Source of the DNA: Pyrinomonadaceae bacterium | GTDB taxonomy: Bacteria; Acidobacteriota; Blastocatellia; Pyrinomonadales; Pyrinomonadaceae | Assembly: GCA_030448055.1 (NCBI GenBank) | Contig: JAUJNR010000002.1 | Span: 329,882 to 393,881 of the forward strand | Reading direction: 5' to 3' | Length of the DNA: 64,000 nucleotides | Part shown: positions 45,485-54,299 of the stretch, piece by piece | Layout: each line of letters begins with the position of its first letter | Position numbering within the stretch: position 1 is the stretch's first letter | Position numbers and translations under genes: made by a program | Notes under the pieces: generated by a model | The model's database searches: none | Seen by the model: only the letters and a program-made list of their open reading frames with translations | Told to the model about the DNA's origin: nothing

Positions 45485-45592
45485 GGGTGTGAATAGTAGC
45501 TTTGGTTATCTAATAAACTCGCTAAACCCCTCATAAAAATTGGCTTAGCAGGTAAGACTCAAACTTGCAACCCTTCGGTTAACAATCAAAAG
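45485..45592. repeat. left boundary repeat of element A (GGTGTGAA site plus degenerate tRNA-3-prime-like sequence)
   Basis: GGGTGTGAATAG...TTTGGTTATCTAATAAACTCGCTAAACCCC...TGGCTTAGCAGGTAAGACTCAAACTTGCAACCCTTCGGTTAACAATCAAAAG aligns with 63688..63794. Confidence 0.75.
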
Positions 45593-45668
45593 TAAAGATT
45601 AGGTAGATTGAAAAGGTGAATAATCGAATAGTGAATCTCGTAAAGATACTCTAAACTATTGATAAAAA

Positions 45669-45712
45669 TGGCACACCCGGCAGGATTCGAACCTGCGACC
45701 CTTTGGTTCGAA
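45669..45712 (-). repeat. orphan 3-prime half of a second tRNA (perfect T arm and CCA)
   Basis: The minus strand reads ...GGGTCGCAGGTTCGAATCCTGCCGGGTGTGCCA. There is no matching 5-prime half, and no partner copy was seen in the window. Confidence 0.75.
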
Positions 45713-45833
45713 GAAATTAAGACATAACTTCTACGTAACTATTAAATCAAAGTCTTTTTGATTGAAGTGTGAGTGAAAGTGTGAGTTAAAAGAAATAGGG
45801 CATTATAGAAACACCCTAACTTATTGAAAATAA

Positions 45834-45909
45834 TGGAGCCACCTTCGAGACTCAAACTCGAGACCTTTCGATTACGAATCGAATGCTCTATCAACTGAGC
45901 TAAGGTGGC
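45834..45909 (-). tRNA. tRNA-Thr (anticodon CGU), CCA encoded
   Basis: The minus strand reads GCCACCT-TA-GCTC-AGTTGATA-GAGC-A-TTCGA-TTCGTAA-TCGAA-AGGTC-TCGAG-TTTGAGT-CTCGA-AGGTGGC-T-CCA. All four stems are perfectly paired. Confidence 0.9.
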
Positions 45910-46186
45910 TTATGATAGCCGAAATTCAAAATATAGTTTCCGAAATTCGTAATGTCAAGCGAAAGATTTCTTCGCCGAAAAACTTTCGGGAAATTTTCGG
46001 GCAAACTAAAATAAGCGGGCATCCGATTCACAATCGAACTCCCGCACATTACTCTGTTTTTCAATCACTTTCAATTTCATTCTAAATAGCCTGTAAACTA
46101 GGCTTTTCTTGTTGACTATCTTTTCATACTATTTCACAATGTTTCTATTCACACCACGTTTTTGAGTGTGAATAGAGGTGTGAACT

Positions 46187-47392
46187 ATGGAAGTCAAAAG
46201 CAAAGTCTTTAAACGCAAGACCGGGAAAAGCAAAAACAAATGGATCGTCCGCATTGAGTATTTTGACGATGCAAAAGGCAAAAAATGCTTTATGGAACGT
46301 CACGCCGACAAAAAGGGCGATGCGACTGATTTAAGAAATAAATTAGTTGATGATGTCAAGAAATCTCACGGTCAAATCCAAACCGGCGAGCGAATGACAT
46401 TTAACGATTTGGCGGCAATCTGCGAAAAGAATTTTTATCATTCCGCCGAATTTGCCGAAGGCAGAAAAATTTCCGGCGTTCGCTCCGTCGTTACAGCCAA
46501 AGCACAATTAAACGTATTACAGAAATTTTTCGGAAAACGTCCGCTTCGGGAAATTACAACCGAAAGCCTTTATGACTATAAACGCTGGAGACTTAAAACC
46601 GATTCGGCGCTGACGGGCGAACCCGTCAAAATTTCAACCGTCAACCGTGAACTGTCTGCTATGCGTAAAATGATGCGCTTTGCCTTTGGCAACGGCTGGA
46701 TTCTTAAAGACATTTTTTTCAATGCCAAAGTAATAGACGTATCCGCCGAAGTGGAGCGGACACGCCTTTTAACCTTTGACGAAGAAAAACGGCTGCTCGA
46801 TGCGTGCGAAGGGATCAGGGAAGTTGATTACAAACGAACCCGAAACGGCAAAGAAGAAGCAATCACGGCAACGATCAGCGTTAATAATCCGCATTTGAAA
46901 GCAATAATTATTCTCGCCATTGATAGCGGTTTGCGGCGCGGCGAAATCTTCAAAATAAGTTGGAAGGATATTGATTTCGATAACGGCATCATTCGAGTTT
47001 TGGGAACGCACACCAAAACCGAACGTGAGCGGCTTGCTCCGTTGTCGGAACGCGCCCGGCTCGAACTCGAAAAACTTAAAGAAATTTCCCCGGGCGAAAA
47101 CCCTTTTCCGCTCAAAGATATTAAACGCTCATTTGCGACGGCTAAAAAACTGGCAAAGATTGACGATCTGCATTTCCACGATTTGCGCCGGACGGCTATT
47201 ACGCGCTGGATTCAACAAGGCACGCCGTTAGCCCTCGCCGGGAAGCTCGGCGGACATACGCAGCTTCAAACGACATTGAAGCATTACACGGCGAATGATG
47301 CCGACGCGGTTAAAGAAATCACTGAAAGAATGAATAACTTTTATTCTCAATTGAATGAAGCAAAGCAGACTGAAAGCGAGTTGGTAAATTAA
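46187..47392 (+). CDS. tyrosine recombinase / phage-type integrase
   Basis: C-terminal catalytic pattern LAIDSGLRRGE...HFHDLRRTAITRW...GGHTQLQTTLKHYTA. Confidence 0.9.
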   Translation: MEVKSKVFKRKTGKSKNKWIVRIEYFDDAKGKKCFMERHADKKGDATDLRNKLVDDVKKSHGQIQTGERMTFNDLAAICEKNFYHSAEFAEGRKISGVRSVVTAKAQLNVLQKFFGKRPLREITTESLYDYKRWRLKTDSALTGEPVKISTVNRELSAMRKMMRFAFGNGWILKDIFFNAKVIDVSAEVERTRLLTFDEEKRLLDACEGIREVDYKRTRNGKEEAITATISVNNPHLKAIIILAIDSGLRRGEIFKISWKDIDFDNGIIRVLGTHTKTERERLAPLSERARLELEKLKEISPGENPFPLKDIKRSFATAKKLAKIDDLHFHDLRRTAITRWIQQGTPLALAGKLGGHTQLQTTLKHYTANDADAVKEITERMNNFYSQLNEAKQTESELVN

Positions 47393-47396
47393 TTTT

Positions 47397-48248
47397 ATGA
47401 GATTCAAAGATAAGGAACTTATGCCGGGCGCATACCAGCACCAATTTTTATGTTTTATTGATGAGCTTGTGCCGGAAGCGTTGGAAACACTGAAAAGCCT
47501 TGTGCCGAAATATAAAGAGGTTTTCGGCGTGTTTGGTTATGAATACCGAGTGAAATTATTTCAAAACTTAATTGCTAACAATACACAAAAAGGAAATTAC
47601 ATTTTATTTAACCTTGACGACAAAATGCTGCATTACAAACCGGACGCGCCCGAACTCGATAAAAATAAAAATCCTTTATTGAAAAACTTTTTAGAGTTTC
47701 GGGAAAGTTTTTATAAATTTATCGAGCGTTTTCGATTGGAAAAGGACTGGCTTAAAGAAAACTTATTCAATTTTCTTTGGGACCTATCGACAATGCCGCA
47801 ATACTGCAACGGGCTGGCTTTGGCGTCAGATTACAGTTGGAATCCTTACGAAGGCGAACCCGTAACTTTTGAAATCGGCGGCTGGCGGATTGACCGGGAT
47901 TCTAAAGATTTTGAAAAAGCGGCAAAAGCGGCATTTGAAAATCATTTGCGCGACTACATAAAAAGGACGGCAAAACAAGCGAAGGCTGGCGGCTATAAAC
48001 TGGCGACCGGCAAAATTGATTTGGACGCGGTTAAATGGCTTGTTTTATGGAACAAATACGAATTTGAATATCTCGCCGGTATTATCCAGCCGATACGCGA
48101 TTACTGCGATGTAAATGTTTCGGTTGACACCGTGAGAAAAGCCTTCAAGAAATTTGAAAAACTTGATTTGCCGGTTAGACCGTTTGGAAAGAACCGGAAA
48201 AATTTAACGCGAAAAACGGGCGGAAATGTTTCCGGCGTGGAAAAATGA
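47397..48248 (+). CDS. hypothetical protein
   Basis: A 283-codon ORF directly after the integrase gene. No recognised motif. Confidence 0.55.
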   Translation: MRFKDKELMPGAYQHQFLCFIDELVPEALETLKSLVPKYKEVFGVFGYEYRVKLFQNLIANNTQKGNYILFNLDDKMLHYKPDAPELDKNKNPLLKNFLEFRESFYKFIERFRLEKDWLKENLFNFLWDLSTMPQYCNGLALASDYSWNPYEGEPVTFEIGGWRIDRDSKDFEKAAKAAFENHLRDYIKRTAKQAKAGGYKLATGKIDLDAVKWLVLWNKYEFEYLAGIIQPIRDYCDVNVSVDTVRKAFKKFEKLDLPVRPFGKNRKNLTRKTGGNVSGVEK

Positions 48249-48414
48249 CATCCGCATTCTTGTGAAATAATCTGTCTATGTTCTTTAAGACATAGAGAAG
48301 CCGTTTTCGTTTCAAGTTTGGCGACCTAGACGAAAACGGCACTGAATAAGTCTTGAAAAATAAAACGCGCCTTGCGGCGTGTCGGACCTATTTCTATTTA
48401 CAGAGGATAAACCA

Positions 48415-48621
48415 ATGAACAACGAAAAACAAATTTTTACTGATAAAGAAGCGGCGGCATATCTGCGAATTTCGACGGTTACTCTTTGGCGAATGCGCCG
48501 AAAGGGAAAAATCTCATTTCGGCGTTCGGCTTCAAAGCTCGTCTATACGCAATCGGATTTGGACGATTATTTGGAAAGCACGAAACGAAATGCTTTCGCG
48601 GTAGCTGGAGGTGTTCAATGA
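48415..48621 (+). CDS. excisionase/MerR-like helix-turn-helix protein
   Basis: FTDKEAAAYLRISTVTLWRMRRKGKI. Start at the ATG after a GAGGA Shine-Dalgarno sequence. Confidence 0.7.
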   Translation: MNNEKQIFTDKEAAAYLRISTVTLWRMRRKGKISFRRSASKLVYTQSDLDDYLESTKRNAFAVAGGVQ

Positions 48622-48992
48622 AAAAAAGAAAGACCGCCGGAGCTTGCCACAGCTCCAGCAATCAAAAATACATAAATAAGAATTTATCTGTCCATCATAT
48701 TAACACGCCTTTTAGGATCGGACAATTTAAATTTCTTTCCCAAACTGTAATTTTTACGCAGCCGGAAACAAAAAGACGCGGACAGTCCCGCTGCTATTAC
48801 TGTCTGCAATGGTTTAAAAGTTTAGGCGGATTCGGATTGTGGAAAAGATTCGGTGTTTCGGCAATTCAATATGGAATGTGTAAAAAATGCTTTAATTTGC
48901 TTTCAATTTTATCGCCCGACCAGCAAAGAAAATTTGCTGAAAAATGCGAGAAAAATCTAAGAAATGCTTTGGAGGGAAATTCAGATGTTTGA
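48618..48992 (+). CDS. hypothetical protein with CxxC...CxxC pairs
   Basis: An ATGA overlap with the preceding gene. Cys pairs CYYC and CKKC suggest a zinc ribbon. Confidence 0.5.
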   Translation: MKKRKTAGACHSSSNQKYINKNLSVHHINTPFRIGQFKFLSQTVIFTQPETKRRGQSRCYYCLQWFKSLGGFGLWKRFGVSAIQYGMCKKCFNLLSILSPDQQRKFAEKCEKNLRNALEGNSDV

Positions 48993-51921
48993 AAATAATC
49001 AAAGCATTTTACAATCAGCCGCGTTTAATTATAGCGCGGCTGGCTTGGCAACACTTCCCGTTAATAAAGCAAAGAAAGCGACTCTTGACACTTGGAAAAA
49101 GTACGAAACTATCCAGCCGAATGACAATGAACTTCGCACTTGGTTTAGCGGTTCCGATCTTCGGACAGTTGGAGTGGCAATTATCGCCGGAAAAGTTTCC
49201 GGCAACATCGAAGTTATAGACGTTGATTGCAAATATGATTTGACCGGCTCGTTGATGAAAGATTTCTGCGCTCTTTTGAAAGAGCATCTGCCGGAATTAT
49301 TCTCGAAACTCGTTATTGCTAAAACCGTCAACAAAGGGTTTCACATTCCCGTGCGGGTTCCGATTTCGCATATCGAAGGCAATAAAAAACTGGCTGAACG
49401 ACCGGCGACCGACGAAGAAAAAACTGCTGACCCAAAGCAAAAGAAAAAAGATTTAATTGAAACCAGAGGCGAAGGCGGCTATTTTGTCGCCGCGCCGACG
49501 CCCGGCTATGAGTGGATACAAGGCAGTTTTGAAAACATTCCCCTGATAACCGCAGAAGAGCGAGAAACGATTTTTACAATCGCTCGCTCTTTTGACCAAA
49601 TGCCGGTTGAGTTGCCGCCGGAAGAAAAAAAAACCGGCTTGGTTTGCGCCGGTGGTCTTTCGCCGTTTGAGGATTACAACGAACGCGCCGACGTTCCCGC
49701 GCTGCTCGAACGGCACGGCTGGCGATTTCACCGGCGCAACGGAAGACGAATGATTTACACGCGCCCTGGTAAAACCGATCAAAAATCATCGGCGAACTTC
49801 TGCACGGATCGGCGAATTTTTTACGTTTTTACTACTTCGACGGATTTTGAATCCGGGCGCGGATATAATCCGATACAAGTTTATGCGCGGCTCGAACACG
49901 GCAACAATTTTTCAGCCGCCAGTCATGCGCTTTATAAAGACGGCTACGGCTCGCGCGGGCAGGTCACTAATAAAGGAAAACAATCTTCAGAAGAAATAAA
50001 AGCCGAACTTTTTGACGGCAAACTGACAATTGACGTTTCCCCGGCAGAACGTGGAAAATGCAGAGTTTCCGCAAAAACAGGCGACGGCAAAGAAACGATT
50101 GCCAAAGACATTTTTAATTTATCCGAAGCCGATAGGCGAAATAAATTCATAAAACAAATCGAAACGGTTTTGCCGCTTTCCGGCGATGAGAAGACCGGCG
50201 TTGCCCGCGAACTGCTGAAGCTCGCCGACGCATCCGAATTGCTGGCGGATTCGGTTGAAACGGCGCCGAACAGCGGCGAAGTTATCGAAACAAATTTTCA
50301 GATATTAAAGGACAGCAGAATCGTTGAACAGATTTACGACGGTCTTGCGATTTACGACCCGGAAACCGACAGCCACGCCATTGCACAAAGCATTTCCGAT
50401 TCGGACGGCACGACCTACGCTCCGCTTGACGACGAACTTTTTACCAAAAAAGGCGGAATCTATCTTGCCGAAACTCTGACCGAATACGGCACGGAAGCGG
50501 AACTGATCGCCGATGTTGAAAAATATCTTTCGACGTATCTCGATTTGAAGCCGCTGTTTTTGAAACTGACCGCGCTTTACATTCTTTTTACCTACATTTT
50601 TGATTCGGATTCGATTCTTGAATTGTCATATCTAAACGCGACCGGCGACGCCGGCAGCGGCAAAAGCCGTTTCGGTCTGGCGGTTTGCATTGCGTCGCAC
50701 CGCGGGCTTTCACTGATTACACCGAGCGCGGCAAGTCTTTACCGCATCGTTGATAAATTTCAGCCGACTTTATTTCTTGACGAGTTTAATTCCGATGTCA
50801 ATTCCGACGACGCCGCGGCGATTATTCAAATCTTAAATGCCGGGTTTCAGCAAACAGCGCAAATTCCGCGACAAGTTGCGACGGCTGACGGTAAATACAA
50901 AACGGAAATGTTCAATCCGTTCTGTCCGAAAATCATCGGCTCGCTCAAACAAAGCGCGTCGAATGCTTTTAATTCCAGATGTATTGAAATTCAGATGGAA
51001 AGAACGATCCGAAACGATATTCCGCTTCGCCTTTCCCGGAAACTGCTAAACGCAGCCTTAAATCTCCGCAACAAATTAACTCTGTGGCGTATGCGGAACA
51101 TTCAAACCGACTTCGACGCGAAGTTGGACCAAGCCGAGCGCGAATTGAGAGCAAGCGGAATAATGCCGCGCTCGATTCAAATCAACATTCCGCTGTTCGC
51201 GTTGATAAACGACGACGATTTGAAACGGGAATTTATTACTTTGCTGAAAGAGCGCGACGGAATTTTGAACGACGAAAAGCAACGGACTTTCGACGGCGAG
51301 CTTATCCAAACTCTGCACACGATTCTTTTTGATTTGGAAGAAGACGGCACGGCTCGCTGGAATGACCGCGTTAAGACTCAACCGGCGGACGGCGAACTCT
51401 GCGAACATCTGAGAATCGAAAAAATAGTTTCGATGCTGAACAACGAACGAAAAGGCAAAGATGAACTCAAGAGCGGTTATGTCGGAAAGAAGTTAAGCAG
51501 TTTTGGTTTGATTTCCAAACAGATTTTGTCCCGAAAGTCTGATTACCATAAAAAATCTGCGATTCTTTTCGATTCACGGCGCTTAAGAATAATTTTTAAT
51601 AATTACGCGCTACCCGTTCCCCCTGATTTTTACTTAGACCATTTAGACCAAAGCGGCAAACCATTACTAAACAAGGATTTAACTTGGTCTGAGGGAGATT
51701 TGAAAGAAGATGCTAAAAAAAGCTATTTAGACCAAGTTAAACCCAATGGACACAACAACAGCGGCGAATGGTCTAAGCGGTCTAAGGAAAATCCGGTAAT
51801 AGAGTCGGAGCCTAAAAGCAATAAAAATCATCCGTCAGAAAAATGCCAGCATTGCGGGGAAAAACTTTCCACCTATTTAGGTGAAATTTATTGTCCGATG
51901 GGTTGCGGGACGGCTGCGTAA
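48985..51921 (+). CDS. bifunctional primase-polymerase with P-loop ATPase and C-terminal zinc ribbon
   Basis: Prim-Pol N-terminal pattern (AAGLATLPVNK...WKKY...VGVAIIAGKVSGNIEVIDVD...GFHIPV). Walker A GDAGSGKS and Walker B LFLDEF. C-terminal CQHCGEKL...CPMGCG. Confidence 0.85.
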   Translation: MFENNQSILQSAAFNYSAAGLATLPVNKAKKATLDTWKKYETIQPNDNELRTWFSGSDLRTVGVAIIAGKVSGNIEVIDVDCKYDLTGSLMKDFCALLKEHLPELFSKLVIAKTVNKGFHIPVRVPISHIEGNKKLAERPATDEEKTADPKQKKKDLIETRGEGGYFVAAPTPGYEWIQGSFENIPLITAEERETIFTIARSFDQMPVELPPEEKKTGLVCAGGLSPFEDYNERADVPALLERHGWRFHRRNGRRMIYTRPGKTDQKSSANFCTDRRIFYVFTTSTDFESGRGYNPIQVYARLEHGNNFSAASHALYKDGYGSRGQVTNKGKQSSEEIKAELFDGKLTIDVSPAERGKCRVSAKTGDGKETIAKDIFNLSEADRRNKFIKQIETVLPLSGDEKTGVARELLKLADASELLADSVETAPNSGEVIETNFQILKDSRIVEQIYDGLAIYDPETDSHAIAQSISDSDGTTYAPLDDELFTKKGGIYLAETLTEYGTEAELIADVEKYLSTYLDLKPLFLKLTALYILFTYIFDSDSILELSYLNATGDAGSGKSRFGLAVCIASHRGLSLITPSAASLYRIVDKFQPTLFLDEFNSDVNSDDAAAIIQILNAGFQQTAQIPRQVATADGKYKTEMFNPFCPKIIGSLKQSASNAFNSRCIEIQMERTIRNDIPLRLSRKLLNAALNLRNKLTLWRMRNIQTDFDAKLDQAERELRASGIMPRSIQINIPLFALINDDDLKREFITLLKERDGILNDEKQRTFDGELIQTLHTILFDLEEDGTARWNDRVKTQPADGELCEHLRIEKIVSMLNNERKGKDELKSGYVGKKLSSFGLISKQILSRKSDYHKKSAILFDSRRLRIIFNNYALPVPPDFYLDHLDQSGKPLLNKDLTWSEGDLKEDAKKSYLDQVKPNGHNNSGEWSKRSKENPVIESEPKSNKNHPSEKCQHCGEKLSTYLGEIYCPMGCGTAA

Positions 51922-51929
51922 AAGAAAGC

Positions 51930-52334
51930 ATGAACGTCGAAACAAACGGAATTAAATTGATTCTGCCTTATCCGCCGTCGGTTAATCATCTTTATGCCAC
52001 TTTTCAGGGACGGCGCATCACGTCCGCCAAAGGCAGAAAGTTTAAGTCTGATATTGCCATACTCGCCATGCGGCAAGGTGCGAAGATTCTGAGCGGCGAA
52101 TTGTCGGTTACTTTTCGCGTGTTCCGTCCGCGCAAAAGCGGCGATCTTGATAATCGTTTGAAAATCAGCCAGGACGCGCTCAAAGGCATCTGCTTTGAAG
52201 ATGACCGGCAAATCGTCGAAATTCACGCTTTCCGCTTTGATGATCGGCTGAATCCACGCATTGAAATTGATATAAAGAAGCTCGAAGGTATTGAAAAGTT
52301 GGAAGAAGTTGGAAACAAAAAAAAGGATAATTGA
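51930..52334 (+). CDS. RusA-family crossover junction endodeoxyribonuclease
   Basis: LILPYPPSVNHLY...GRKFKSD...SGDLDNRLKISQDALKGICFEDDRQIVE. Confidence 0.8.
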   Translation: MNVETNGIKLILPYPPSVNHLYATFQGRRITSAKGRKFKSDIAILAMRQGAKILSGELSVTFRVFRPRKSGDLDNRLKISQDALKGICFEDDRQIVEIHAFRFDDRLNPRIEIDIKKLEGIEKLEEVGNKKKDN

Positions 52335-52349
52335 AAGATTAAATTAAAA

Positions 52350-52745
52350 ATGAAAACGAACGAATTTAACGAAAATTACGAAATTGACCGAAAAGCCAAT
52401 GGCGTCAAAGCGATGCCGAAAAACGGACACGCCGAAGCTGCTGCGATCAGGACCGCCGATGGCGAAGTTTACGATCCGGGCGAAACTTATTACTTCTTTG
52501 ATTCTCAAAGGCAACAGATTCGGCAATCAACCAGCTTGCGTCTCGCCGGCGAACATCTTTGCTCGCTCGGGCTAAAAGTCGTCGCCGTGGCAAATCTTCG
52601 CGCGAATAAAGACGACGCGATCAGCGCCGGGCAATCCTTTTTCAAATCTGAAATCGAGCGGCTGCAAAAGCGAATCGAAAAACTCGAACTCGAAAAGACC
52701 GGCGAGCGGCGAAAATTAAAAGAGTTTTCGATTGTGAATAAATAA
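52350..52745 (+). CDS. hypothetical protein (C-terminal coiled coil)
   Basis: A 131-codon ORF with no recognised motif. Confidence 0.5.
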   Translation: MKTNEFNENYEIDRKANGVKAMPKNGHAEAAAIRTADGEVYDPGETYYFFDSQRQQIRQSTSLRLAGEHLCSLGLKVVAVANLRANKDDAISAGQSFFKSEIERLQKRIEKLELEKTGERRKLKEFSIVNK

Positions 52746-52821
52746 CGAAGTTGACTGAAGTTCATTCAAAGCGGGGCGAAGAGAAATTTGTAGCACAAAG
52801 AATTGTAAAAGTGTCTTAGAA

Positions 52822-52845
52822 AGTGACGTAGAGAGTGACGTAGAG
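52822..52845. repeat. perfect 12-bp tandem duplication AGTGACGTAGAG x2, with a third related site at 52925..52933
   Basis: Read directly in the 193-bp gap between 52745 and 52939. Related AAGTGTC half-sites lie at about 52809 and 52912. Confidence 0.85.
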
Positions 52846-52938
52846 CAGCGAAAAAAATTGGACGAACTGGGCACCATAGAAAAGGCAATCCAAAAAACTT
52901 GAAAAAATCAAAAAGTGTCGTGAGAGTGACGTGAACAC

Positions 52939-53241
52939 ATGGCTTGGGAAACACGCGGAAATCGAAATTACTTTTACCGGAAAAAAAGAATTGGAGGAAA
53001 AGTTAAATCCGAATACGTCGGCTTTGGCGATGACGCCGCGCTGATCGAACGGTGCGGGCAGCTTGAAAAACAACGCGCCGAAGCCGAAGCCGAAAAGCTG
53101 CGCGAGAAAAAAGCCGAAGCCGAAGCGATTGACGAGCAGATAAATAAACTGTCCGAAATAAACCAAACTTTAGTTGACGCTTTATTTTTGGTAAACGGCT
53201 TTTACCGGCACAAAGGACAATGGAGAAAAAAGCGAAAATGA
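52939..53241 (+). CDS. hypothetical protein (basic ends, acidic coiled-coil centre)
   Basis: A 100-codon ORF, MAWETRGNRNYFYRKKRIGGKVKSEYVG...FYRHKGQWRKKRK. Confidence 0.5.
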   Translation: MAWETRGNRNYFYRKKRIGGKVKSEYVGFGDDAALIERCGQLEKQRAEAEAEKLREKKAEAEAIDEQINKLSEINQTLVDALFLVNGFYRHKGQWRKKRK

Positions 53242-53759
53242 GCGAACCCGGAACAATTAAAAACAGTCAAGAGATGGTTGCTTTGGTCAAAAGAATTGAT
53301 AAAGGAAATCCGTCGCCGGAGGATCTGCAAACCCTGTCGAAAGAGTTGAACCGCAAGCCGCAGCTCTGGCAATCGCTCGGTAATCACCAAAACCAGGTCT
53401 TCACTGCCGTTTTGCGGAAAGTAAATCAATCCGCTGTTGTCCAAGAATGCGGCAAAAGATACGTCGAAGAAATGAAAACCGAATTCGGCTACTACTCATC
53501 AACTTTCGTCGAAAAAATGCTGATTGATGAAATCATAATGCGCTGGCTGCGGTTGGTGTTGGCGGACAACGCTTTCACAGTCGCCACCCAGCAGGACCAT
53601 TCGCCCGCCACGGGAATATACCATGATAAGCGGCTCGACCTGGCGCAAAAACGATATTTACGGGCAATTGATACTTTGGCGCGAGTCAGAAAGATGATCG
53701 CCCAAACCCAGGCTAAGGGAGCGGAAATGTTCAAAAATCTAATGTCGAAGGATGGCTGA
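53220..53759 (+). CDS. hypothetical protein
   Basis: A 179-codon ORF overlapping the previous ORF by 22 bp. Confidence 0.5.
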   Translation: MEKKAKMSEPGTIKNSQEMVALVKRIDKGNPSPEDLQTLSKELNRKPQLWQSLGNHQNQVFTAVLRKVNQSAVVQECGKRYVEEMKTEFGYYSSTFVEKMLIDEIIMRWLRLVLADNAFTVATQQDHSPATGIYHDKRLDLAQKRYLRAIDTLARVRKMIAQTQAKGAEMFKNLMSKDG

Positions 53760-54299
53760 TTATTTCATTTAGCTCTTTAATTGTCATAACGAAAACCACT
53801 TCCTCTTTTATCCGTGCGACATAAGAGGCGCGAAATTCTTAACTATTCTTCGGATTGATATTTTTCCCAAAATGCCGAGTAGATTTAATGTTGTAGCTTT
53901 TAGAAATTGAAATGAATTTAATTTAGTTTCGATAGTGCTGTCAAGAAAATTTTGTTTTGGAAGCGCCGATTGTGCTATAAAATGAAGAAGGGTTTTCACA
54001 AATCCGTTTACCCAGAAAAAGCAGAAAATTCTACCGATTGCCGGAATAAGACAACAATTCATCGTTTTAATAATAAAGTATGAACTACGTCTTTCGCGGC
54101 AACCGTTAAAAAATTAAAGATTCATCTGTAAATACTTACGAATACGATTCGTTCATCGCGGACAGAATTATCTCCTAAAATCGTTAGATTTAATATAGAT
54201 TTCGAGGACTGCGGCTTTCACAAAAGTTTGATTGTGCAAAGTTTGTTCGAGATAAATTTAGGCTCTTCAGATCACCAGAAACTTTCGACCCACAATTTT

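Noticed and set aside
48486-48617. The N-terminal 44 codons of the tracked ORF 48486..48992
   Set aside because: This part overlaps the excisionase-like gene in another frame. The ATG at 48618 forms an ATGA overlap with that gene's stop, which is the more economical start.
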